Positions 1 to 9,116 of a stretch of 64,000 nt of DNA are shown one piece after another. The position numbers and the translations under genes are program-made. The DNA is from Candidatus Marinacidobacterales bacterium. Lineage in GTDB: Bacteria; Acidobacteriota; Vicinamibacteria; Marinacidobacterales; DATDRI01. Within the stretch, counting starts at the first letter, position 1, and each line of letters begins with the position of its first letter. Under the pieces are notes generated by a model. That model made no database searches and had not been told where the DNA came from. It saw only the letters and a list, made by a program, of their open reading frames with translations. The stretch lies in NCBI GenBank assembly GCA_965219415.1, contig OZ244742.1, positions 384,001 to 448,000 on the forward strand, given 5' to 3'.

Positions 1-209
1 CCAAGGTCATTACCAAGAAGGACGAGCTCTATATCGATTGCGAGTTCAGCTGGGGCCCCGATTACGGAAAGACCGTCTGGTGGACCAAGAAGAATCGCCC
101 CTGGTGGGCCGGGCGAACGTGGAAAGTCCAGACCGACATCGATCGCGAGCGTTTCGAGAAGCTCTTCGTGGATTTGATGACTCGACCGGCGTCTGGCCAC
201 GTTGAATAG
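1..209 (+). CDS. nucleoside hydrolase (IU-NH family), C-terminal fragment, truncated by window start
   Basis: Frame 3 reads KVITKKDELYIDCEFSWGPDYGKTVWW...WKVQTDIDRERFEKLFVDLMTR...VE* (TAG 207-209). It aligns by eye with the C-terminus of the hydrolase at 2509-3624 (EELYLDVVIDHGPTYGETRVW...VQMGVDLERFNSFFIELMSR) and lies upstream of ribokinase. Confidence 0.8.
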   Translation, partial: KVITKKDELYIDCEFSWGPDYGKTVWWTKKNRPWWAGRTWKVQTDIDRERFEKLFVDLMTRPASGHVE

Positions 210-310
210 TGATGTCCACCTATTTTGACGCCAGAACAGTCGGACTAGACACCAACGGGCCGGAGGCGCGCCGGGGGGAGAGCCTTCAGCCGTCGCGCGG
301 GCGCGGCGCC

Positions 311-506
311 GCCGAAGCGACGAGCCTGGGGGGTGGGGCCCCAGGTACTTGATGAATGTTGGAACAGCTTCAAGAAGAGAACGCGGCCGTGGCGAGGACC
401 CGAGCGCAAACTTGACCCATGCGCAGCCTCGCCGGCCGCCAAACTACGTGGTTGCCTCGACCGAAGCTAGCCAGGCGGCGGTGGGGCCCCGCGCGCACTA
501 AGTGAT
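311..506. repeat. two degenerate REP-like GC-rich units
   Basis: CCGAAGC...GTGGGGCCCC...ACT...ATG pattern occurs at ~311-358 and ~461-507; the first contains the hairpin CCTGGGG/CCCCAGG (325-345). Confidence 0.5.
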
Positions 507-520
507 GGAGCAAGAAAGAA

Positions 521-1459
521 ATGGCTAAACGACAAGCGCGAATCGCAGTAGTAGGCAGTGCAAACGTCGACCTCACCAGCTTCACCGATCAGTTCCCCAA
601 ACCGGGAGAGACCGTCTTCGGAGAAGCCTTCGACCTCGGCTTCGGGGGCAAAGGGGCGAACCAAGCAGTCGCGGCGAAGTACTGCGGCGCCAAAGTGCAA
701 ATGGTCGCTCGCGTCGGAGACGACCTCTTCGGGCCCGCCACCATCAAGAACTTCAAGTCGCTCGATATCGGGGCCCGCAGTGTCAAAACCGTCAAGAAGG
801 TTTCGAGTGGCGTGGCTCCCATCTTCGTCGAGAAGAGCGGTCAGAATCGAATCATCGTGGTCAAAGGCGCCAACGACAAACTGACCGCGAAAGGAGTCAA
901 TGAAGCGGCGTCTCGACTGAAACGCGCGGACATCATCATCCTGCAATTCGAGATACCTCTCGACACCGTCTACCACACGGTTCGATTCGCCCGGAAGAAC
1001 AAGATCCGCTGTATCGTGAATCCGGCCCCGGCGCTCCCCGCCGACCTAAAACAGTTGGCCAACGTCGATTACTTCGTTCCCAACGAGACCGAGGCGGCGA
1101 CCATCACCGGGAAGCCGGTTACGACCGTCGATCAAGCGAAGGCATGCGCCGAGTATCTACTGGCACAGGGCATTCGCCGAGTGATCATCACCCTCGGCGA
1201 AAAGGGCGCCTTGCTCGCGGGCTCGGAGGGTATGGAGCTCATCCCCTCCTACAAGGTCAAAACGAAGGACACCACCGGCGCCGGCGACGCGTTTATTGGA
1301 AGCTTTGCGGTCTTTCTCGCCGAAGGCATGCCGGAACGAGACGCCTTGGCCCGAGCCAACCTATACGCCGGTCTGTCGACGATGGGTGTCGGCACCCAGA
1401 AATCCTTCCTCAAGCGGAACCGCTTCAACAAGGAGTGGAAGAAAAGGAATAAGGGGTAA
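521..1459 (+). CDS. rbsK: ribokinase (PfkB family)
   Basis: VVGSANVD, PKPGET, GGKGANQAVA, NETEA and DTTGAGDAF motifs. Confidence 0.95.
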   Translation: MAKRQARIAVVGSANVDLTSFTDQFPKPGETVFGEAFDLGFGGKGANQAVAAKYCGAKVQMVARVGDDLFGPATIKNFKSLDIGARSVKTVKKVSSGVAPIFVEKSGQNRIIVVKGANDKLTAKGVNEAASRLKRADIIILQFEIPLDTVYHTVRFARKNKIRCIVNPAPALPADLKQLANVDYFVPNETEAATITGKPVTTVDQAKACAEYLLAQGIRRVIITLGEKGALLAGSEGMELIPSYKVKTKDTTGAGDAFIGSFAVFLAEGMPERDALARANLYAGLSTMGVGTQKSFLKRNRFNKEWKKRNKG

Positions 1460-1478
1460 TAAAGGAAGAAAGCCAGCT

Positions 1479-2495
1479 TCAATTATGGCGTTCGAGGAAC
1501 TCTCCCACCGCATCGGGCATGAACGCGTTGGTGCTAAAGGCCCCTGGCAAGGCCTCCTCGAAAGTCGTCATGCGGTAATTCCCCTCTCCGTCGGTTAGGA
1601 TCAACCGAATCGGCTCGAGACCTTCTCGAAGATTGAAACTGCTCGACTCGTAGCCGTACTGGCGGTCGCGGTAGCTGATGCGCGGCCACTCACCCGGCTC
1701 ACCCACCACGACGATCGCTTCGATAAAGTAGTCACTTTCTGCCGCCGCCTGCTGAAGCAATCCGCCAATCGGGTAACGGTAGTGAAAAGCCGCATCGTCG
1801 GCTCCCGCCGACCGGTAGAGCTTGCCCTTGGACGAAATTCCGGCGGCACCGGCATGATGCTCGGAAGCAGTAAAGAGGGTAATCCCACCCTTGCGGGCTT
1901 CGATAGCCGCCTCCACGAGCTGCTCTCGAACCACCTCGCTAAGATGGATCTCGCCGGCGGAGACCTCCGGGAAACTCTCCTCATGAACCACCGCGTCCGC
2001 GAACTTCTTAATGTGTACGGTGTGGTCCGAACCTTGCCCGCAGGCGATCAAGAGGTTCTGATAGTCGGTCACCGCGATCTGGTAGTCCCTACAATCACCG
2101 CAGCTCGAGCCCGTTCCGCACTCGCCATCGGTGTAGAAAGCGAGGAAGCGGACGCTCCGAGTCGCCTCCTTCCCAAGCAGGCTCGTCACGTGGTTAAGGA
2201 GAGAGGTCTCTCCATGTATAGCCTCCGGAACCCGGTACTCGGTGTTGCTTCCGACGACGACGTGCTCTCTCCCTTCGGCCTCGACAACCGTCGCCGCACG
2301 CACGTCGTAGTGAGAAATCGACGGGTCGGTGCCGGCGTGCCCTGCCGCATCGAGCGCCATAAAAATCTGCCGGGCCAGGGTCTCGTCAACTTGCCCGGCC
2401 GCCGACTCCGAGAGTTCCCATCGGCCGGAGACCTCTGGAACTCGGGTGCAACCCGCTATCAGCAGCAAACTCGTTAACAGCACACGTGGCTTCAT
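1479..2495 (-). CDS. two-domain cytidine deaminase-fold lipoprotein
   Basis: Domain 1 has PSISHYDVRAA, GSNTE, HGE and SCGDCR zinc motifs. Domain 2 is degenerate (ISYRDRQ, EEALPGAF). N-terminal lipobox LLLIAG-C16. Confidence 0.8.
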   Translation of the reverse strand: MKPRVLLTSLLLIAGCTRVPEVSGRWELSESAAGQVDETLARQIFMALDAAGHAGTDPSISHYDVRAATVVEAEGREHVVVGSNTEYRVPEAIHGETSLLNHVTSLLGKEATRSVRFLAFYTDGECGTGSSCGDCRDYQIAVTDYQNLLIACGQGSDHTVHIKKFADAVVHEESFPEVSAGEIHLSEVVREQLVEAAIEARKGGITLFTASEHHAGAAGISSKGKLYRSAGADDAAFHYRYPIGGLLQQAAAESDYFIEAIVVVGEPGEWPRISYRDRQYGYESSSFNLREGLEPIRLILTDGEGNYRMTTFEEALPGAFSTNAFMPDAVGEFLERHN

Positions 2496-2508
2496 GATCG
2501 GATCCCTC

Positions 2509-3624
2509 TTATCGAGACATGAGCTCTATGAAAAACGAATTGAATCTCTCCAAATCGACTCCCATCTGAACCTGCGCGGGATGACGGCCGAAGGGTAGAC
2601 GATGATGCTCTGCCCAACTTTCGGTGTTCATCGGATCGGGCCCACTGTAGGCCAAGAAAAAGCTCAGTTCGGCGGGCGGTTTTCTCCAGACGCGAGTCTC
2701 GCCGTACGTGGGTCCATGATCGATGACCACGTCGAGATACAACTCCTCCCACTTGCTAATCACCGTCGGGTCCAGCAACGAGGCGACCGTCACTTCATCC
2801 CACATCATTCCCCACACCGTATTGCCATCCTGAGACTCGTAATCCAGGTACGTGGATTGAATGTGATTGGCCAGTCGACCTCCGGAAGCGGCAATCGGTC
2901 GCATGAGCTCTGCGCTGGACCATGCTTCGCCTCCCGTCTCGAACGGCGTCACCACGATTTCCTTCCAGGGCTCTCGCAAAACGATGGCGGCAGCTTCGGG
3001 ATCCCACCACCAATTGAGCTCGGGGCCTCCCCCGCTACTTCCCCCCATGATGTAGAGAGACCGCGTGAGCTCTACGATCCCGGGGTCCAAGCGAACGGCG
3101 AGCGCCACGTTGGTCAGGGGCCCGGCGCAATAAAGCACTACCTCTCCAGGATTCTTGCGGATCGCGTCGATGATGAAATCCACCGCGTGTCCGGCGCGAG
3201 CTTTCGCCTTGGGCCACCCCCCGGGTGGTTCCCAAGTGCGATCAGGAGCAGGAGTATCGGGGTTGAACACGCCATGCCAGGTCGGGTACGAACCGAAGAG
3301 GTGTTCGCGACGCTCCTGCTCGCCCCGACTATTGAGCAATGGCATCTCGGCGCCTTGAATCACCGGCACGTCGGAGCGCCCGGTAAGCTCAACTGCGTGG
3401 CGCGCAAAAACCGTCGCCTGCTTGACCCATTGGTCACCACTCACCGTGGTAACCCCCAAGAGCTCGACCTGGGGGGCCATGAGGAGCATCAACAGGGACA
3501 GATAGTTCGTTCCCTCCGGCCCCGCGCTATCTTGATCGGCGAGCACCTTGATTCTCGGTTGGGATGCGAACCCCGACCCCGCGATCAATAGCGAGAAGAG
3601 CACCAGCGATGAACGCAATCTCAT
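2509..3624 (-). CDS. nucleoside hydrolase (IU-NH family) with signal peptide
   Basis: DQD motif, LLGVTTVSGD, GPLTNVALA, IMGGS, ELNWWWDPEAA, WDE; signal peptide MRLRSSLVLFSLLIAGSGFA. Confidence 0.9.
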   Translation of the reverse strand: MRLRSSLVLFSLLIAGSGFASQPRIKVLADQDSAGPEGTNYLSLLMLLMAPQVELLGVTTVSGDQWVKQATVFARHAVELTGRSDVPVIQGAEMPLLNSRGEQERREHLFGSYPTWHGVFNPDTPAPDRTWEPPGGWPKAKARAGHAVDFIIDAIRKNPGEVVLYCAGPLTNVALAVRLDPGIVELTRSLYIMGGSSGGGPELNWWWDPEAAAIVLREPWKEIVVTPFETGGEAWSSAELMRPIAASGGRLANHIQSTYLDYESQDGNTVWGMMWDEVTVASLLDPTVISKWEELYLDVVIDHGPTYGETRVWRKPPAELSFFLAYSGPDPMNTESWAEHHRLPFGRHPAQVQMGVDLERFNSFFIELMSR

Positions 3625-3708
3625 TCCAGACCCTCCTGGTTGGTGGCAAGTCTATCATAACGCTGGAGTTGTCAGCCCACCTACTCTAACACTTCCCCAG
3701 TTCGGACA

Positions 3709-3737
3709 GTAAACGTTTCCGAGCCCCCTCTCGTCCA
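3709..3737 (+). promoter_or_regulatory. candidate ECF-type promoter (GTAAAC-N17-CGTC)
   Basis: AAAC/CGTC spacing typical of ECF promoters, upstream of an ECF sigma gene; other candidate sites exist nearby. Confidence 0.3.
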
Positions 3738-3910
3738 AATCAATGTAAACGCAGGAAAAGACCACCAAGATGGCGCAAAGATCGAGGCTACGAAATGAAC
3801 CGGCCCCTGACGAAGTATTTAATGGCAACGCCGTGTTTTGGGTGCCAATCCGGAAACGCAGAGCGGGTTCCTCAACTGATATATGCTAGCACCGATGCAA
3901 GACGTCCTAG

Positions 3911-4520
3911 GTGGGTCCGGCGTTTCGCAAGGCCCCCAGTCGGTTTTCATCCACCAAACAGCAGGCTCGTGCCAAAGAAGCCACCTTGGTGGCCAAGTGC
4001 CAATCCGGCGATATGGAGGCCTTCGAGGCCATCTACCGGCGGCACAGTTCGGCCATGTACAACCTGGCGTTCCGAATGGTCGGAAACTTCGCCGAAGCGG
4101 AAGACCTTCCTTCAAGAGATTTTCCTACAGGCCTACAGCAAACTGCCGAGCTTCGAAGGAAGAGCCGCCTTTGGCACTTGGTTGTACCGATTGGCTGTCA
4201 ACCGTTGCCTCGACCATCTCAGAAGTGGGGCTGCGCAGAGACAATCGGTAACCAGAAGTCTGGACGACTCGGCCGGATTATCTCCCTCCACTCCCCCCGA
4301 GCCGACTACGGCGCGACTCGACCTAGAGAACGCCATCTTGCAACTTCCCCAATCCTACCGGGCGGCTTTCTTGCTGTACGACGTCGAGGGGTTCGGCCAT
4401 CGCGAAGTGGCCGACATATTGGGGGTCGCCGAAGGTACGTCGAAATCTCTAGTCCACAAAGCCCGGTTGAAGCTACGAGAGCTCTTGGGCAAGTCTCGGC
4501 GGGAGAAAAGCGGTGATTGA
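3911..4520 (+). CDS. ECF sigma-70 factor, split by a 1-nt frameshift at ~4105-4113
   Basis: One frame gives LVAKCQSGDMEAFEAIYRRH...AEAEDL; another continues LQEIFLQAY...FGTWLYRLAVNRCLD...LPQSYRAAFLLYDVEGFGHREVADILGVAEGTSKSLVHKAR. Start codon uncertain. Confidence 0.9.
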
Positions 4521-5241
4521 GGATCGATACCGAGCCCAGCTCGATGATTACGTAGACGGCTCGATGAGCGGTTCGGAACAACAATCGATCGAGGCGCATC
4601 TCGAGACATGCCAATCGTGCCGGGCGATGGCGGAAGACCTCCTCGAGATCAAGAGCGCGGCAGGATCGCTCGAGCGCTTGACTCCCACGGAAGATGCCTG
4701 GAAGCGGATTGCTGATTCTATACGAGCGCGAAGCGGCACGCCGCAGATTTCTTCTTGGACAAACGGGCTTGCGAACAACCTCTCGTCACATCGATGGGCC
4801 CTCGCCGCCACAGCGATTGTCTTGATCGGCACATTGGTGATCATGAACCAGCTCGACTTCTTTTCCAGCGAACCGCCCGAAGGTAGCGCGGAGTGGGTTG
4901 CGGCAGAGCTCCGAGCCGCGGAAGTGCACTACGAAAACGCCATCCACGGACTAGAAAAGATCGTCGAGAACGATCAATCGACTCTCGACCCCGAATTGAT
5001 GGCGGTGCTCACGGAGAACCTAACCGTCATCGAAGACGCTATCGGAGAGAGTCGGACGGCGGCCCGCCAACACCCGCAGAACCTGGTTGCCGGAGACAGT
5101 CTTCTCACCGCTCTCCGACGCAAGCTCAGCCTTCTCCAGAATACGGTCCTCCTGATCAATGAAGTGCGAAAGGGCCAAGGCGAGAACGCGCTGGATCTGA
5201 TCGACGAAATACGCAATTCGGGCAGTCCGGATCCCAGCTGA
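4513..5241 (+). CDS. zf-HC2 membrane-anchored anti-sigma factor
   Basis: HLETCQSC (HxxxCxxC) motif, one TM segment, overlaps the sigma stop codon. Confidence 0.88.
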   Translation: MIEDRYRAQLDDYVDGSMSGSEQQSIEAHLETCQSCRAMAEDLLEIKSAAGSLERLTPTEDAWKRIADSIRARSGTPQISSWTNGLANNLSSHRWALAATAIVLIGTLVIMNQLDFFSSEPPEGSAEWVAAELRAAEVHYENAIHGLEKIVENDQSTLDPELMAVLTENLTVIEDAIGESRTAARQHPQNLVAGDSLLTALRRKLSLLQNTVLLINEVRKGQGENALDLIDEIRNSGSPDPS

Positions 5242-5245
5242 AGGA

Positions 5246-6208
5246 ATGAGACGGAAAACCATGAAGACAAACTACCGTAAACACATGCAGGTTGTTCTAA
5301 CGTTGCTGTTCGGTGCCTCGCTGCTGGGAGCAGCGGCCCCCGAGGAACGGTCGACGCACCTCCACCTTCAGGAAGACGAGCAGTTCTCGCGCACATTCGA
5401 CGTCGGCCCATCGGGCTCGCTCGACATCAGCAACGTGTCAGGCGATATCGAGATCCAGGGCGGACCGGGCACCGAGATTCGCGTCGAGGCCGAGAAGCAC
5501 GGTCACGGCGACCCTTCTCTCGTAAGCATCGAGGTGAGCCAAACCGGAGATCGTGTGCGGATCGAGACCAAGTACACTAAGGGCAAAAGGCACGATCATA
5601 TGTCGGTGAATTTCAGTGTTACCGTTCCCACCGGTACATCGGTGTCCGCGGAGTCCGTGTCCGGAGACGTTTATGTAGCAGACGTTGGTGGCGAGCTCGA
5701 GGCGGAGTCCGTCAGCGGTGACGTGACGGTCACCAATGCGGGGAACCTTTTGGTGGCCCAAAGCGTCTCCGGTGAAGTGACGGTCGAGACGGCGGCTTCC
5801 CGAGAGGATCCCGAGATCGGGAGCGTCAGTGGCGACGTCCAGGTCACAGGACTGAAGGCGCGGGAGGTGGAAGTGAGCAGTGTAAGTGGCGACGTGATTC
5901 TCACCCACGCCGATTGTGAGCGTGCTGCCATGGAAAGTGTCAGCGGCGACATCCGATACAGCGGTACGTTCGCAAAGGGAGGACGCTACGAGTTCGAGAG
6001 CCATTCCGGCGACGTCCAGATCTACATCGCGAACGACATCGGCTTCGAGCTCACAGCCGAGACTTTCAGCGGCGACATCGAAAGCGAGTTTCCGCTAACT
6101 ATGTCTGGCACGATCAGCAAGCGGGAAGTCCACGGCGTCTACGGCGACGGCAGCGTGGTGATCGAGGCTTCCACCTTCAGCGGGAGCGTGACCATCTCGA
6201 GGGAGTGA
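5246..6208 (+). CDS. DUF4097-like beta-strand repeat exported protein
   Basis: Repeated (E/S)SVSGDV motifs, signal peptide, usual third gene of such ECF operons; start may be 5261. Confidence 0.85.
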   Translation: MRRKTMKTNYRKHMQVVLTLLFGASLLGAAAPEERSTHLHLQEDEQFSRTFDVGPSGSLDISNVSGDIEIQGGPGTEIRVEAEKHGHGDPSLVSIEVSQTGDRVRIETKYTKGKRHDHMSVNFSVTVPTGTSVSAESVSGDVYVADVGGELEAESVSGDVTVTNAGNLLVAQSVSGEVTVETAASREDPEIGSVSGDVQVTGLKAREVEVSSVSGDVILTHADCERAAMESVSGDIRYSGTFAKGGRYEFESHSGDVQIYIANDIGFELTAETFSGDIESEFPLTMSGTISKREVHGVYGDGSVVIEASTFSGSVTISRE

Positions 6209-6226
6209 GAATGTGTCTGGTCGAGC

Positions 6227-7732
6227 CTATTCCGTTCCGCTCAGGCTCTTCTCCATCACATCGTAGATATGAGTGTTCCGATAGAACCCGCGGAGCCGAT
6301 GCGCGCCCGGGCCCACACCCAATGCAAAGACCGGGTCGCTGGTGTGCCCCCCGGTCGACCAGCTGACGGACGTCTGGCGAGATAGGGCCCGCCCCAGCAG
6401 AGCCTGTGCTGTGTCTTCTTCATCGGTGTAGAACTCCGAGAAATCGCAAACCTCTGCGCGGCCTTCAGCGTTCCGAGCCGCGGCCCTCGTCGCCTCCTCC
6501 CAGCTAAGATCCAAACCGGTGGCGTCTCGAACCTCGCGTCGAAGCCTGGCGGGGTCGGTTCCAGCTCTCTCTCCCATCAACTCATACGAACGCGTTTGCT
6601 TCCCGAGCAGCTCCAACTCGATCTTGCCCGGGTAGACATACCGCGGGCGGTACACATCCCCACTCGCCAGCCGAGTCTCCGGACGTGCTTCCCAATCGCC
6701 GTGTCGAGAGTATGTGAACGTGAAACCCCCCGTCCCGTGGTCCGCGGTCACCAGTAGCAGCGTGTCGGGATTCTCGGACTGAAAACGAGATGCCACGCCC
6801 AGGGCTTCATCGAAATCCAGAATCTCGTGAAGCATCGTTCCGGCGTCGTTGTCGTGACCCGCATAATCTATTCGGCCACCCTCCACCATGAGGAAGAAGC
6901 CTCTTTCCGCCTCGCCAAGCACTTGGAGCGCGGCGTCGGTCAGTTCCGCGAGGCTGGGCACACCATCCAGCGATTCACTGCGACGATCTAGAACATAGGG
7001 CAGGTTGCTGGCCGCGAAAAGACCGAGAAGCTTCTTCCCTTTCGACGCTTCGCCGAGAAGCGATTGGCGGTCGCTCACGACAGCGTAGCCGCGTTCCCCC
7101 GCCTCGGCGATAAGATCCCGTTGGTCAGTGCGCACCGAGCGCCCGTCGAGTCGGGCCGGAATTCCCGGTAGGCTCTCAGACACCCGCCGTCCCCGCGGGA
7201 CGAAAGCCCTCGCTCCCCCACCGAGAAGGACTTCGATGTCGTGCTCCGCCAAGATCTGATCGGAGATCTCCGCTTCCGGGTCATAGCGGGACAGTTGGTG
7301 TGAGGCGAAGGCAGCGGGAGTTGCATGAACCAGTCGCATGTTGGTTACCAGACCCGTGGCGAGTCCACGGCTCTCGCTGCGCTCGAGTATCGTCTCGATC
7401 GACTTTCCATCGATATCGAGCCCGAGTGTCTGGTTCCAAACCACCTGGCCCGTCGCCATCTGGGTCGCGGCGGCGGCGGAATCGGTCACCGTGGTCTGGT
7501 GTGAAACCGGAAGCGCATACCCGGCTTCACCGGATTCCATGAGTTTCTCCAGATGAAGCTGACGACCTTCGACGACGCGGGCGTATTCGAGTCCGAGCGC
7601 AATTTGAGTAGGGCCTAGCCCATCTCCGATGAACAGAATGACATTGCGGGCTCTTGGAGCCGGCGATGTGCCCTCACAGGCCGCACCGGCTACCACGCCA
7701 GCTATCAGCCCGGCGAGGGCGAGCCCGCGCAT
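6227..7732 (-). CDS. phoA: alkaline phosphatase (PhoA family), probable lipoprotein
   Basis: ILFIGDG, TDSAAAAT, HATPAAF, EGGRIDYAGHDND, TADH, GGHT motifs. Likely ATG at 7732 (MRGLALAGLIAGVVAGAA-C). Confidence 0.9.
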   Translation of the reverse strand: MRGLALAGLIAGVVAGAACEGTSPAPRARNVILFIGDGLGPTQIALGLEYARVVEGRQLHLEKLMESGEAGYALPVSHQTTVTDSAAAATQMATGQVVWNQTLGLDIDGKSIETILERSESRGLATGLVTNMRLVHATPAAFASHQLSRYDPEAEISDQILAEHDIEVLLGGGARAFVPRGRRVSESLPGIPARLDGRSVRTDQRDLIAEAGERGYAVVSDRQSLLGEASKGKKLLGLFAASNLPYVLDRRSESLDGVPSLAELTDAALQVLGEAERGFFLMVEGGRIDYAGHDNDAGTMLHEILDFDEALGVASRFQSENPDTLLLVTADHGTGGFTFTYSRHGDWEARPETRLASGDVYRPRYVYPGKIELELLGKQTRSYELMGERAGTDPARLRREVRDATGLDLSWEEATRAAARNAEGRAEVCDFSEFYTDEEDTAQALLGRALSRQTSVSWSTGGHTSDPVFALGVGPGAHRLRGFYRNTHIYDVMEKSLSGTE

Positions 7733-7734
7733 CG

Positions 7735-9099
7735 CTACTGCTCGGTCCGGACGAGGCTCGCTCGAATCCGCTCCTGAATCTGCCGAACCTTGGTCAACAC
7801 TTCTTCCACGTCCATTGTGACCACGTTGCGGTCCCGAACCACCCACTCCCCTCCGACCAGAACCGAACGCACGAAAGGCGCCTTGATGACGTAAACCAAA
7901 TGCGAGTACACATCGTAGAGAGGCGTCAGCTCCGGTTTGTCGAGGTCGATCAGCACCAAATCCGCGAGCTTCCCCGCCTCTATCGAGCCTACGTCGTCCG
8001 CAAGCCCCAATGCCTCCGCGGCGCCGATGGTCGCCATCCGGAACACGTCACGAGCAGGCATGGCTGTCGGGTCCTGTCGGTAAAGCTTGTGCACTTTGGC
8101 CGCGGTGTCCATCTCCTCGAACATGTCCAAATTGTTGTTACTAGCCGCGCCATCGGTGCCGAGGCCCACCGGAATCCCCGCAGCCAGCAAATCCGGTGCC
8201 CGGGCGATGCCCGACGCCCCCTTCATGTTGGACTCTGGGTTATGGGAGGTGGTGGCTCCGCTGCGGGCGATGAGCCGAATATCCTCGTCGGTCAGCGTGA
8301 TGATATGGTGCAGGATCATCCCCGAGTCGAGCACGCCGGCCCGATCGAGCGCGGATACGGTTGTCATACCCATCTTCTTTCTCACCGCCGTATCTTCCTC
8401 CGGTGACTCATGGGCGTGAATCTGGAACGGGACGTCGTATTTGCGCGCCATCTCCCGAGCCTTGCTGATCACTTCGATGTCGGTCGTGTAAAGCGCATGG
8501 GGTGCCACCGACGGCGTGACCCGAGGGTGGTCTCGGTATTTACGAACAAAGGCCTCGGTGGCAGCGAGTGCCTCGTCGGTGGTCTTGTAATCCGGCGCGG
8601 GGAAACCGATGATGGTCTGACCGAGTACTGCCCGCAGCCCCGATCGATCGGTGGCTCGCGCAATTTCGTCTTCGAAGTAATACATGTCGGCGAAAGTCGT
8701 CGTCCCGCCTCGAGCCATCTCGATGGCGCCGAGAAGAGTGCCCCAATAGACGAACTCCTTGTCCACGTTCCTTGCCTCGGCGGGAAAGATGAAATCGTTG
8801 AGCCATTCCATCAGCGCCATGTCGTCAGCCAGGCCGCGAAACAAAATCATCGGCACATGGCCATGGGTGTTGACCAGCCCGGGAATCACCAGATGCCCCG
8901 CGGCATCTACCACCTCTCGGGCGTCGGGAAGAGAATCTCCCGCCTCGATCACCGCCACGATGCGCTCCCCACGGATCGCGACCGTCGCCCCCTCCAGGAC
9001 CCGCATCTCTCGATCCATGGTCACCACCGTGCCGCCCTGGACCAACCGATCGACCGGCTCCGACTGAAGTAACGCCAACAACATCAAGTATTGGACCAT
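7735..9099 (-). CDS. amidohydrolase, MtaD/DadD-like (methylthioadenosine/SAH/deoxyadenosine deaminase family)
   Basis: PGLVNTHGH, GGTTTFADMY, PHALYT, IHAHES, HNPESNMK, GTDGAASNN, GKLADL. Confidence 0.85.
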   Translation of the reverse strand: MVQYLMLLALLQSEPVDRLVQGGTVVTMDREMRVLEGATVAIRGERIVAVIEAGDSLPDAREVVDAAGHLVIPGLVNTHGHVPMILFRGLADDMALMEWLNDFIFPAEARNVDKEFVYWGTLLGAIEMARGGTTTFADMYYFEDEIARATDRSGLRAVLGQTIIGFPAPDYKTTDEALAATEAFVRKYRDHPRVTPSVAPHALYTTDIEVISKAREMARKYDVPFQIHAHESPEEDTAVRKKMGMTTVSALDRAGVLDSGMILHHIITLTDEDIRLIARSGATTSHNPESNMKGASGIARAPDLLAAGIPVGLGTDGAASNNNLDMFEEMDTAAKVHKLYRQDPTAMPARDVFRMATIGAAEALGLADDVGSIEAGKLADLVLIDLDKPELTPLYDVYSHLVYVIKAPFVRSVLVGGEWVVRDRNVVTMDVEEVLTKVRQIQERIRASLVRTEQ

Positions 9100-9116
9100 G
9101 CTAGAATTCCCTTGTT

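Noticed and set aside
1479-2495. Anti-phage dCTP deaminase (AvcD/Dcd-like)
   Set aside because: No P-loop kinase domain, it has a lipoprotein signal, and the context is nucleoside salvage rather than defence.
5400-6200. Repeated AGCGGCGAC-like DNA motifs
   Set aside because: Explained by the SVSGD protein repeats of the DUF4097-like gene.
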